Part shown: one piece after another, positions 1-51,444 of the stretch
Numbering within the stretch: position 1 is the stretch's first letter
Layout of the letters: each line of letters starts with the position of its first letter
Assembly: GCA_012295275.1 (NCBI GenBank)
Contig: CM022668.1
Span: 5,704,001-5,768,000 of the forward strand
Reading direction: 5' to 3'
DNA: 64,000 nucleotides
Source of the DNA: Chrysomallon squamiferum
Lineage: Eukaryota > Animalia > Mollusca
Notes under the pieces: model-generated
Databases searched by the model: none
What the model saw: only the letters and a program-made list of their open reading frames with translations
What the model was told of the DNA's origin: nothing
Program-made: the position numbers and the translations under genes

Positions 1-712
1 TATTAATTTTTAAATTTCAATCTGATGTATTTTAAATATCAAGGATGTGAAAAATTTATTCAAAAACAATGTAGGTGAATATTATTATTATCATTATTAT
101 TATTATTATTATTTTATCACAGCAAACCCAGCTGTTTAAAATAATAATTTCAAAATTTCAAAATTCAGTTTATTATATTGTTCAGAATATTTATATATCC
201 TTGAAAACAGTTATTTAATATCCTTCAAGAATTCATATCCTTAAATATCCTTGTAAACCCTACATACATTTGTTTATTTCCTATAAAATAGTCCTGTATA
301 TTTCTTATCCTGAATATATATAATTAAAAATCCTTCAATGTCTTTGTTTTATATCCTTTAATACAGTTCATAAGTACATCCTTCATGTATTGGTCACAAT
401 TCTTGATTATTATTTCTATACCTTCATATTCTTAAACATATCTTCATATCCTTTAATATATCACTGTATCTCAGTAGGTTTCAATATATCTCCATATCTT
501 TCAGTATATATATATATATCCTTTCATATATCTATATATCCTTTAATGTAATCTTCATATCCTTAAAAACAGCTGTGTTGTATCCTGTCATATTTTCTAG
601 AATTCCAGGATACAACTATTACTATTAAGTAAAAAAAAAAATAAAAAAATAAATTAAGTTCTCCAAATATTTTCAAAAGTATAAAAAAGGAGAAAAAAAA
701 AAAAAAAAAGTT

Positions 713-718
713 TTTATT
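713..718 (-). terminator. Candidate CFAP65 polyadenylation signal AATAAA
   Basis: AATAAA about 180 nt after the stop, followed on the minus strand by a long T-rich tract. Confidence 0.45.
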
Positions 719-898
719 TACAATCACATAAACACACTTTTACATATTAAAATCCCTTAAGACACTTGTATCCTTAACATTCCCAGAATGCTTGTTCAGT
801 ATCCTGACAAGTGAGGAACTCAATGTTTCCAAAATCCGTCACTCCAATGTTCCCAGAATAATAGACGAAGGTGTCCGATGTCATTAGACGAGAGCTGT

Positions 899-39355
<38,457 letters not shown>

Positions 39356-39666
39356 TTTGGTTAGACTTTATTAGACTTTAGAAATACAAAAATATAAAAA
39401 TATAAATATGTAAATAAATAAATATACAAGTAAGTAAGTATATAAATAAATAAATAAATAAGTAAGTAATTTAATGTATTATTGCAAAGACATAATAAAT
39501 TGTGTGCCAATAATTTAGTCATCAGTAATTTAGAAATGCAATTAAAATAAATTACGTATTTTATGATCCTCTTGTATTGGTGGTATTTTAAAATATTATA
39601 GCATTTGTATGTGCAATAATTATTGTGATTTTTGATGATTTAATTATAAAGTATTCAGAATTATCT

Positions 39667-39705
<39 letters not shown>

Positions 39706-39857
39706 TTCATTATTTATTTATTTATTAAGCTTGTTTTTCTTTAAAATATTTATATTTACACCATAGGTTTTATTGAATAATAATATATAAACAGAATTTT
39801 CATTTCTTGGTTTATCACTGCTAATCAGTATGAATGAAATGCACAAAGAAATATAAA

Positions 39858-39916
<59 letters not shown>

Positions 39917-40194
39917 CAAAAAATTAAAAAAGTAGAAATTAATATTATATATATACACCATTATCACAATCGAAATAAAAAAAATAATACTAATAAACAG
40001 AATTAATTTACAATTATTTCGTATGATTCTTTTTTCTGTTAGTGTGTAATAATGAAGAAACCAAAAAAAAAAATGAATATCTGAGTTACTGGTTCAAAAT
40101 ACAAACAAATATAGCAATATAGAACGCCTAATTGCAAATAAATCATAGACAATGTTACTTTATTTATTTAACAATATGTTCTTGCTGTACTTAC

Positions 40195-40300
40195 TTTATT
40201 TTGTATAAATTTTACAGTATGTTCCGTTATCTAATGGACGTCTCTACAGAGTCATCCATATTGTAAACATACAACAATCATGGCGGGGTATCCAAGCAAC
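40195..40300 (-). promoter_or_regulatory. CFAP65 putative non-coding first exon and promoter with RFX X-box and forkhead site
   Basis: Donor aaa|gtaagt (intron begins 40194); GTAAACA at 40263-40269; GTATCC-A-AGCAAC at 40288-40300 fits the RFX X-box pattern. Confidence 0.6.
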
Positions 40301-40621
40301 AGTTAATGCTAAAAGCCGGATCATTTTCAACGACCTTATTCAACTGATTAAAGAGGGAGAGATTTTTTTTTCTTCGTTAATCGTTATATTAAGTAACACT
40401 TTAAAAATTACGAATGTTATAAATTGTATTCAATAATGTGAGATAATTGTATATATTTTCGAATATTTAATGAATTGGTATTCAAATTATATTCACTGTT
40501 GATGAATAGGTGCTTTGGATTTTAACACATACATACATATTTCAAAATCAGTCAGATACATTGCTTAATTTAATTGACAAATCACAGAGAATATTTCGGG
40601 TTAAACATTTCTAACATACGC

Positions 40622-40685
<64 letters not shown>

Positions 40686-40876
40686 TGTTAATCAGAGTTG
40701 TGGTTACTGACAAGCAAGGTGAAGGTCGCGAAAATATGTCATCGACATATGTCGGTATTTTCGTACACATAGATATGATAACGCAATAAATAAATTTATT
40801 CTTAGTTGTGTGACATCACTTGAGAAAAGTACCATGTGTTTAATAACCATTTCTACCGCATGGTAACTTGGTAATA

Positions 40877-41924
40877 ATGCAGAAGGAAATTCTTGTATTG
40901 ACGATCATCTTGCTTACAGGTAACGATCGTTTTCGTATTTTATTACATATTTCAGATCGAGTATTAAACAATTATTAAAATGCACACACAAACATTCACA
41001 CTCATAGAGTCATAGTAATATATAAACTGTAAAACTAAAGAAAAAAAGGTGCGTATGTAGGAGCATATCCTAGACAAGTATAACACTGACTATGCCAAAA
41101 ATTCAATGTATAATTAATTTCGGTAAAATAACTAATCCTAATACCATATGGATATGCATAAACAGGTCTGTCGTTTAATAGTATCATATAGTATATATTA
41201 TTTAACTTTTGTCATTTATTTTTGTCATGTCATTAACATTTATAATAATAATAATAATAATTATAATAGTAATAATAGTAATAATAATAATAATAAGAAG
41301 AAGAATGATGATATTAATAATGCTTTGAATAATTTAAAAAATGATGCTTATTATAATATTAATGATGATGTGAAAATAATAATAATAATAATAATTATTA
41401 TTATTATTATTATTATTATTTTTTATTTTTTTTTTTATTATTTTTTCAATGGTCTTAATAATTCAGGACTGACTGTTGGTCAGCTCATCACTCCATTTGA
41501 TATTTGTGAAATTAAATGTCTCACTGAAAAAAATCCTGTTTACCCAAAACCTGCCAGTCCACATATAAAAGATGTGTGCAAACAAGAGTGCTTCAGTCAT
41601 GCGTGAGTAACAATACTTTCAAATTTCAAATATTTAGTTTTTATTTTCATTCAAACTTGTTGTATGATTATGTAATTTATTGTATAAAAGTCTCATTGTT
41701 ATTATTGTTGTTGTTATTATTATCATTATTAGTGTACAAGTGTTCTATAATTATCAGTATTACTATAGCCAGTGCATAATTCTTGTAAAATAGCACTGTA
41801 CAGCTAACAAAAATAATATACTTTTTTCTTTTTTTAATATTCAAAGAATAGTACATGCTTGAAATATTAATCTTTCAAATAGGAAATTTTTTTTTTTTTT
41901 TTATATTTTTTTAGTAAATATATT

Positions 41925-41985
<61 letters not shown>

Positions 41986-42459
41986 AATTCTTTTCTTAAA
42001 AACATAACATAATTTTATGGTTTTAAAAACTGTAGCTTATGTCATTATGGTATTTTGATGTAAGGGAAATTACTTTTTTTTTTCAAACATGGATGGTCTC
42101 TCCTTGTTGAGGGAATTACTGAGATATAAAACTGTCTGATTTAATTTATTTTATATAATAGTATAAATAAGTAATTAATGCATAGTAAATAATAATAAAT
42201 ACATTAACATGAAAAAATAGCATATGAAAGTGAAAACATTTATTTCCATTAAGGTCATGGTACCAAATGTAAGGGGTAAACATTTTATTTTTATTTTATT
42301 TATTTGTACTTATAATAATAATAAATAAAAAAACATTTTTGAAAATCAGTTTAAGTGTAAATTGTATTCTTATAATAATTTTAGTAAAACACATTTTTAT
42401 TTATTACTTGCAGGTTTGATCACATTTACGCAAATGACGACAATGGAAAAAATCTGTGA
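40877..42459 (+). CDS. Small secreted cysteine-motif peptide, 74 aa, exons 40877-40919, 41467-41602, 42414-42459
   Basis: MQKEILVLTIILLTGLTVG|QLITPFDICEIKCLTEKNPVYPKPASPHIKDVCKQECFSHAFDHIYANDDNGKNL*. Splice sites cag|gtaacg, ttcag|, gc|gtgagt, ttgcag|; phases 1 and 2 match; AATAAA at 42473-42478. Confidence 0.75.
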
Positions 42460-43941
42460 TGAAAGAATCTGTAATAAAGAATAATTTTAAAAGTAAAAAC
42501 TTTATTATTGGTTTATAAATTTATGGAAAGAAGGGAGATAAATACAGAGAGAAAGAGAAACAGAAAGAATGAGAAAGAAAGGCAGAACAGAGACAGAATG
42601 AGAAAGAAAGACAGAACAGAGACAGTGATAAATACAGCAAAAGAGAGACGCTGATAGTCAGTGTCAGAGATATATTTCCAAATCCAGCCAGTGCTCCTAG
42701 GTTCTTTTTGTATATGGGGAGATACATGTAAAGATTTTCTGCTGGTCTTTGTTTAATATGTCCCTGTACAAAACAGCTGTGTTTCTTCCCCCTGACAAGC
42801 TGCTACAAAAGATACCTCAAGTGATTTTGTGCCTTAAGATGTTTAAGTATATTTAAAACTGACAGATGGTATTTGAGAGTGTGGGGTTTTGTTATGAAAT
42901 TTATTTTTATTATATTGTCATTATTATTATTGCTATTTTATTATTACTATTATTGCTATTATTACTATTATTATTATTGCAATATTGTGCCACAGCACAT
43001 ATTATTTTCATAAAAGTTTAAAACAGAAATAAGAATATTAATTAGCACTGCCTTTCTTTTATTGTTGAAATAAGCAAAGAAAATAAATAAAAAAAAGCAA
43101 GAACCTCCCAACCATCTCAAAATTGATAAAAAAAAAAAAAAAAAAAAACCCCACTCTAACCTCCTCAAATTGAATTTTTTTTTTTTATCATTTATGCTGA
43201 AGCATTCAGTGACTTTGTGTACCTTTTGATGGGGTGGGGGTATGTGTGTCACAAATTATTATACAAACAACTAACTGATATATTAAATATTAATTCACCA
43301 TACACAGAATGCACCTGTATTATAACTTTATAAATTGAAAATCTGCAAGCATTAAAAAAAAAAAAAAAAAAAACAAGTTTCAATGTATTAATTTTTTTTA
43401 TTACACTATACAAAATGTCCACAAATAAACAGTATTAAAAGATAATACTGTGAAGTTTAATTATCAGAATTTACAGTAATTTTTCTGATTTTCAACCATA
43501 AAACCTTTTGCATACTTAACACGCTGTGTTCATGCATACCAAATAAAAGTGCTTGACAAAGATAACAGTTTATATATATATAAAGCATATTTGTAATTGT
43601 ATGTAAACCGTAAATATATATATATATCCACAGATAAATGTATACATATAATAAATGAGAAAAGGAAACAAATGTCATGATTTTATATACATATATATAT
43701 GTATGTATATCTGCACTGTTCATTAATAACAAACATTCCTTTCTGACACTGATCCTTAATTTTTCACACATGCATGCACACACAGACACACACACACACA
43801 CACACACACACGTTCATGCTCACATTCATATATACATACATATCTTTAAACATTCACAATGTTTTTATTTTTCTTAATTACATTGAACAGGTTTGAGATT
43901 CCTAAAAATAAAAGAATCTTTTCCCCCCATAATTCCTTGCA

Positions 43942-44089
43942 TTATGTGTCCATTTCCTCATCCTGTTTGAGTTTGTTTTTCAAATGTTCTGTGATGGCTG
44001 CTGTAGGGTTTGTTTTGTATGCAGGATGATCCAAGACTTGTTTGAAAAGTTCTATATCACTCATCCTGAAGCAAATAAAAGTAAACAAA

Positions 44090-44120
<31 letters not shown>

Positions 44121-47100
44121 AATCTATAAAAACAGATACAAAAATTAAAAAATTAAAAATGACTTTAAAATAAAATAAAAATCTGTAAAGAAAGAACTGA
44201 GAAATGATTTAAAAATAAATAAATGAAAGTATTAAATGAAAGAATTTAAAAATAACATTAAAATAATACTAATAAACTGAAATAAATAAAACAGCATGAA
44301 AAGAATTAAGAAATAACTGAAAAATAAATAAAACATAAACAAATAAATAAAATAATATAAGAAAACAAATTAAAAATAACAAATTAATGCTTACACTAAC
44401 AAAAAATTACAGGAAATAAAACCAGGAAAAGAAATAAGATAAACTGCATGTTGATAAAAGCAAATATATGCACCCTATTAGCATTGTCATCATTGTATAA
44501 AATGGCCCAGGTATTTCTAAACGGCACTCCTTTGTTGTTACATTTCATTATGAATACATGGAAAAAAAAAAAAATCATTCCTCAGAAATATACAGAATAT
44601 GTTTATATTGTTTGTACATATCACCTAAAAAAAAAAACTTTAAATACTGTTCACAATTTAAACATACACTGGCATCAGTTAATATTAACAGTCATTCATT
44701 TTAACCTGAATTTGATTACGGAGAACAACTTACATCTGTTTCTGTCTTGTTTTTTCTTTGGCAATTCCACGATTCTTCTGTGTTCTACAGCAAAAATAAA
44801 AACAATTACTATAAATCTCACTTTTAATTATAAACTGATAATTACAGATATTCTAGAATGTAGTTCTGTGCTTTACAGCAAAAATAAATGTTAGTGAAAA
44901 ATATTTTTGTTTATACTGATAATTGCAGAATCTCTAAACATGATGTGAACATTTTAATGGAGATGTGAGTTGCTGAATCAATCCACCAACTTGTGTTCTT
45001 GTATTTCTTGTTTTCCATTCTATGGGAAGGTACATATCTGCTATGTCTGGTGTGGTGTGTATTTGTGTGGGTGTAATATCCATGTGTTTGTTTTTTGGTA
45101 TCAATAATGATAGCCATATAACAGCAATACAAATCCAAAGAATGCACAACAAATAAAATATTTTTCTTTTCTTATTTAGGAAAAAAAGAAGGATAACAGC
45201 AAAAAATTATTTAAATTCTGGTCATCATTGACAGTAATTCAGACAGAAAAAAAAAAATATATATCAGATCATATTTTATATAATCTATAATAAAAAATTA
45301 AAAATGCTGTTGATTCGATAAAATAAACATTATAGGAACAGATAAACAAAAGTTAATAAAATTATAAGTATGAAGAAAATCTAGATTTATTATTTTAAAA
45401 TAACATAAACTGTTGAGGTATTTCAAAATGGAGACTGACTTTTTGTCTGTTTTTGAATCCGTCCCTTTCAGGAGGTGCTCCAAGGTGGGAAGAGCATCCT
45501 GCAAGACAGACATGTCTCCTACTATCACAGTTTTCTGTCTGCGCTTTCTCTCCTTTTCTTCCTTCTTTGCAGCCTGGATGCTGTCAATTTCTACAATTAA
45601 ATATAAATATAGAGAAAAACAATCACAATTTTTAACAACAAAATAAAGAAGAAATAAATACTGTTGATTACTAATATAAAAAAAAAATAATAATAAAACC
45701 AAACGTAATATTTAACAAAATAGAAATACTGTTGATTATTACTATTCAATACATTTTTTAAATTAGAGAAAATACAATTTTTAACAAAATCGAAAAATTT
45801 GTGTTTCCAAGACAACTGTCCCAGCCCCTCCTATTTTTTCCAGTCACAGTACAGCTGATGAAAACACATTCAAATGCATTTTTCGATGCAATTTCGAAAT
45901 CCATCATGACAGTTTGCAGATTCAATGAGTCCTTCACTTCCACTAGTTTATTCAGGAACTGTTTGTAGGTTTCTTCCATCTTGTTTGGAAGAAATGCATA
46001 TATACAAGGGAAACTGCAACTTTCTCTGAATGCATGTATCGTGAACAGCTGGAAAAATTGTTCTGGAGACATTTTAAACGTCCCACTTTGATGCTGATGT
46101 CAGTTGTATCATGTTGCACTGTTAACAAACGACTGTCAGTTGTATCATGTTGCACTGTTAACAAACGACTGTCAGTTGTATCATGTTGAACTGTTAACAA
46201 ACGATTGTCAGTTTGGTGATGATGTCAGTTGTATCATGTTGCACTGTTAACAAACGACTGTCAGTTGTATCATGTTGCACTGTTAACAAATGACTGTCAG
46301 ACTGTCAGTTGTATCATGTTGCACTGTTAACAAATGACTGTCAGTTTGATGATTGATCAGTTTCTTTGACTTTAGCTTTACAGCTGTGGTGCTCTCTTCT
46401 TTCTGAATGATACATTGGAAGAAAAATGTGGGTGGGTGGGGGGGCGCAGTTGTCCAGGGAGAATTGTCCTGACACCTTGATTTGTATCTTTATTAAAATT
46501 AGCATTTTGTTTTTAGAATTAATTACGCAAATCATGATCCTCTCGTTTACAATTTTCTTAAATGTTTTTTTTTATTGTTAATGCTCTTTTTATTTTATTT
46601 ATTTATTCATTTTAAAATTTAATTGTATTACCAGTTTTGCAAGAGCTTGCCTATAAATAAATACAAATATGAATATAATATATATATATATATGTTTAAA
46701 CACTCACTCTGCATCCATGTTTCATGTTTGAGTTTTCTCTTCTCTTTCTTCTTCAAGTTCAGACCTTTGAACGTTTTGCTTGTGATTGAGCTACGAGCAT
46801 CAAAATCCTGCGGCAGTTTTTGTGTCAGAAGTTTGGGATCAACTTTCAAACCAGCAAACAAATTACTCTTTGTTACAGCTGGGTTCACTGGAACAGGCTT
46901 CTTAATAAAACAAATAAAATTATAATTTTATGTTTCAGAATATCTGTTGATGACTATTAAAATATTTTTAAAAATGCCTTTATCCTTAATGAATTTGAAG
47001 GACTTTTATTTTTAATTTTAAACAACAAGAAAAACTTTTTAATATTTTTATTTTCAAAGAAATGTTAATCTATATTTAAATTATATTTGACTGTTTGTTT

Positions 47101-47461
47101 AATACATAAATTATTCATTGAATATTACATTAAGTAGACAGTTATGTTGGATGGATGCATGCTTTTGACACATATGAGCAATTAAGTATGTTGTTTGTGT
47201 GTATTAATTAACAAAACACAATCATGACCTAATAATAATTAACACAAATAAATACAGTAATGTTGTGTACTCTAAAATTAAAATGGCTAAGCAATAATAG
47301 ATTTTGTAAATTATATATATTATTACTAGCTAATTATTTGAAAAGTAAGTATTTACTTGGAACTCTGATGATGACTGGTTTAAAGAAGAGACATTTTTTG
47401 ATTCATCTGATTTCACTGCTGGCAAATGTAGTCTTTGTTTCTTTCTTTTCAGTTTTCCCAT
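43942..47461 (-). CDS. SLX9: Ribosome biogenesis protein SLX9 homolog (FAM207A); exons 47357-47461, 46708-46900, 45440-45590, 44734-44784, 43942-44065
   Basis: MGKLKRKKQRLHLPAVK...NLFAGLKVDP...KKKEKRKLKHETWMQKIDSIQ...RQKTVIVGDMSVLQDALPTL...LFKQVLDHPAYKTNPTAAITEHL matches remembered FAM207A/SLX9 motifs; all phases consistent. Confidence 0.88.
45800..46477 (-). mobile_element. Internally deleted Mutator-like (MULE) DNA transposon remnant in an SLX9 intron
   Basis: 45838-46087 encodes GTFKMSPEQFFQLFTIHA...PCIYAFLPNKMEETY...VMMDFEIASKNAF (MULE transposase motif); related GACAACTG motifs in opposite orientation at about 45811 and 46447. Confidence 0.75.
46097..46345. repeat. 36-bp minisatellite TGTCAGTTGTATCATGTTGCACTGTTAACAAACGAC, about 6 copies
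   Basis: Visible tandem copies inside the MULE remnant. Confidence 0.9.
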
Positions 47462-47481
47462 TGTTCTTGTTAACAATCTTA

Positions 47482-47538
<57 letters not shown>

Positions 47539-48006
47539 CATTTTTGTTAAGGTCATATAACTAAACAGAATAAAACCAAGTGCAATAGATATTATTTTCT
47601 TTATTATTATTTAAAAATTTTAACACCATATTAATCTTATTGCATTTTACAAATTTGTGTCTGTAAATATTTTGTGAATGTCACTGATACATTCGTAACA
47701 GTGATAGTCAGAAAATAATATTTATTTATTTCTTAATATTTATTGTTATTCTTGTAAGAATTAATTTAAATAAATTCATCAGCAAAATAAATAAATAAAT
47801 AAAATGATTTTATCAATGTATTTTCGCAAGCGATGAAGAGATTTATTTACATAATTTAGTTATTAATAATTAAGTTATTTCGTTGCTTTGCCTTTAAACC
47901 GAGTGTAATTATTCATTTTCAAATTGAAATTATACATATTCACTAGCTATCGAATTGTCTCATTTATACCTAGAAGGACAGACAATTTAATCACTCTCAT
48001 ACTCAC

Positions 48007-48082
48007 TGGCTTACACGTTTTAATTAATAAGTTTCAGCGTGCTTATTGTTACTGGGCGCAGCCATTTTGTTGTCACGTGACA
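48007..48082 (-). promoter_or_regulatory. SLX9 core promoter and non-coding exon 1 (E-box palindrome, YY1-like motif)
   Basis: TGTCACGTGACA at 48071-48082; AAAATGGC on the minus strand at 48061-48068; donors gtaagc (48014) and gtgagt (48006). Confidence 0.55.
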
Positions 48083-48219
48083 TTTTCCTTTGTATTGTCC
48101 TTCATTGAGTGGCGATCCATACAATAATTGTTATAAAACGATTCTCTTTTAACATTTTTTTTTTCTTCAGACATTCATTGCGGTTTTGCATTTTTCAAGA
48201 ACAACAACAACAACAGCAA

Positions 48220-48253
<34 letters not shown>

Positions 48254-48663
48254 AATAATAATAATAATAATAATATATTTATAGGAAATTTTATATATGT
48301 TTGTACAGTTTGTATGTATGAGTATCAGTATATGTGTGTCTGTGTGTTTGTGTGTATGCTGTTTTGTGTGAAAAGTTTTTAATTATTATTTATTTATTTT
48401 GTGTGTGTGTGTGTGTGTGTGTGGGTGTGTGGGTGGGTGGGTTTGAATTTATTTACTTTTTTTTTCTTTTTTTTTGTGTAACAGAAAAATGTATACATTT
48501 ATAAATAATGATTTCGGCGAATCATTTGCTTTATCAGTTTTGAAATCCGAATCTTAGCATAGTTAATGAAGTTTTATTTTAATCTCTTTACTCAAAACAA
48601 GTCATTTTGACAATCTGAGATAACGCCAATCACAAATAATTAATCTGCTTTCTTAAATTTCCG

Positions 48664-48756
<93 letters not shown>

Positions 48757-49256
48757 TTGAACAATGCTATTTAATAATAATAATAATAATAATAACAAAA
48801 ATAATAATAACAACAACAACAACAACAATAATAATAATAATAATAATAATAATAAACAAATAAATAAATAAAGGAAAATATAAGATTTATGAAAAATAAT
48901 TTAGGCAATTTAATATGCATATATGTGTATGCACAATACGACATAGTACCGTCCACAACTGCGACAACTTCAGACTGTAGGACAACTATTTCTTTTTTTT
49001 AAATTTTTTTTTATTTTTTTTACTCCTTCAAGGACGGACCAGGAAAAAAGGACACATTTAATAAATAATTAGAGCAGTTGACGTTATCGCTTGCTGAACT
49101 TCCAGTCTTAGCATATCCAATGATGCTGTTCCATTTTAATGTCTTTGTTCTTTCTCAGTAATTCTGACAATATGAAAAAAAAAAAAAACACATCGATCAG
49201 AAATACTTAACCTATTTTCTTAAACTTTGTTAGATCAGATTTCGTGACCTGACCAG

Positions 49257-49353
<97 letters not shown>

Positions 49354-49631
49354 TACAACCACTGCGTATATGAGAGTGCGTGAATACGTGTAGATTGTAA
49401 GACGTTTGTGTATGGATGGTTGAAGAAGATAAATACAATGGCAGACGCTTTAAGACAGCCAAATTTGATGTCTGAAATGTGACAGCTTTTCTAGATTAAT
49501 TTTCAAAAAACCGAATACACAAAAACGTTTAGGCGATAAAGTATTGACGATGCAAAACCGCATCTCAGAGGAAACCGTGAATAAAAGCATAATAATAAAG
49601 TAAATGAGAAAATATAAAAAACAAGAAAAAA

Positions 49632-49666
<35 letters not shown>

Positions 49667-49938
49667 ACAAACACACACTGAAACAAACAAGCAAGCAAGC
49701 AAACAAACAAATAACAATGGCAATAAATTGAATTTCTTTTAGTCAGAAAAATATTTAATACGATCCTGATTATGTTGTGTGTATAATTATTAATTCATAG
49801 CGAAATTCTCTGACATTGCTTTTCTTTCGACAAAGCGATTCCTGATAAATCAAACGTGTTTTACAAATAACGCTTCAGTCATATCGGAAATTCCATCTAA
49901 ACAGAATCCGTGTTCTTCAGATCTCTGAATTCAGCATA

Positions 49939-50909
49939 ATGCTCTGCGCTGTATTTCTCTTGGTCCTGTCTGGCCATTTTAAGATGGTCAGTGGTTTAAG
50001 AAATGACCACAAGGGCAGCAAGCTGTCGGACAGTCGTATTTCTCTCGCTGTTCAGTGTGTGAAACATGTTAACTGTTTTGGATTCACTTCAAAAGACGTG
50101 GGAACGTGTCCATCTGTTTTACTGAATCCTCAGTCAAAGACGCCAGCAGACAAAGAAAAATCTCTGCTCTTGAAACCTGTTTACAAAAGAAAGATGTTGC
50201 AGTTTGGAAAATGGAGAAACTGGAAATTTCACCAAACTTTCGTTCTTACATTTTCACGACTATAGACATCAAACTTTGTCCAGTGCCCAAACCACAAAAC
50301 AATTCTGTTGTCACCTACACCTCACTTCTGCCGGCTTCAAAAGCGAAATATTCCTGCGACAAATACTTCAGTTTCTGTGACAGAGAATCGGCGAAGACGG
50401 TCAAGTGTTTGACCACTGGTCATTGGGCGAATCTAACTGACCAATGTGGCCAGGTAATCTGGGTGGATCCGTACGCTACTGAAACGGCCTCGACGTGGAC
50501 CATTCCATTACAATGTCAGCTGAAAGAGAACTCGCAAGTTGAAGTTGCCGGAACATCAAACAACAGGTTTTCTATCAGTCTCTTGGCCGACGTTAACGTT
50601 CTGTTCCACATGGCCGTCTACTTAAAGAAAGACAGACTCGAGGTCTTGACGGGGAAAGGCAGGAGAATCGTCTACAACAGCAAGACTGGCTCCAGATGGG
50701 GCAAGGAGACGTCTACGGGAAACTTCAACATAAATAAAGGGAAACGGTTCGTGATTCTGGTGAACATTACGAAAAAATCTTTCAACGTGTTTGTCGACGG
50801 TCGGCTGCAGAACGAGTTCAGGCATCGTATTTCTTTCAGGAACATCGAAGTTCTGGAGCTGACAGCAAAAAAGTCGACAATTGAACGTATCAAACTTTTT
50901 CTGTCTTAG
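49939..50909 (+). CDS. Intronless secreted protein: signal peptide, PAN/apple-like segment, sushi/CCP domain, galectin-like domain; 1-nt frameshift near 50087
   Basis: Signal MLCAVFLLVLSGHFKMVSG; CVKHVNCFGF; sushi CPVPKPQNNSVV...AKYSCDKYF...VKCLTTGHWANLTDQC; galectin-like RFSISL...LFHM...IVYNS...WGKE...FNVFVDG...FRHRI. Confidence 0.75.
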
Positions 50910-51371
50910 ATGCAGTCTCGCGTACTGAACTCGAGTCTGTGACCAGGTTTAATAGATTCACTCAACAGTGAATTGTGATGAAAACATCTCCACACTGGAC
51001 AGAGAGAGAGAGAGAAGAACAAAGAAAAACGATTGTGTCTTTTCTCTTCTGACCGTTCGTATCTGAACAAACGTCACGCGTATTTTTGACGTTCAGACTT
51101 ATTTTTACGTGCGTTCGTACGTCTTTTTGTTGAACTGTCTGAGTGATAAACAATAAAATCTAAACTATATATATCTCTCTCTCTCTCTTCTTTCTTTTTT
51201 TTCCTATACCAGCTCTTGTTTTACTCAGCCCGTAAGATATTTTGAAATAATGATACATTTTCAAATCTTCAAATATCTACATTTTCAAATATCTACGTTC
51301 TGTGATAGGAATTAATTATATTATTTTCTTTGTCTCTTTTATTTACTTCCCAACATATTTATTTAACATAC

Positions 51372-51444
<73 letters not shown>

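Noticed and set aside
40730-40765. Overlapping palindromes ATATGTC-ATC-GACATAT and CGACATATGTCG upstream of the peptide gene
   Set aside because: Too short to assign a function without conservation data.
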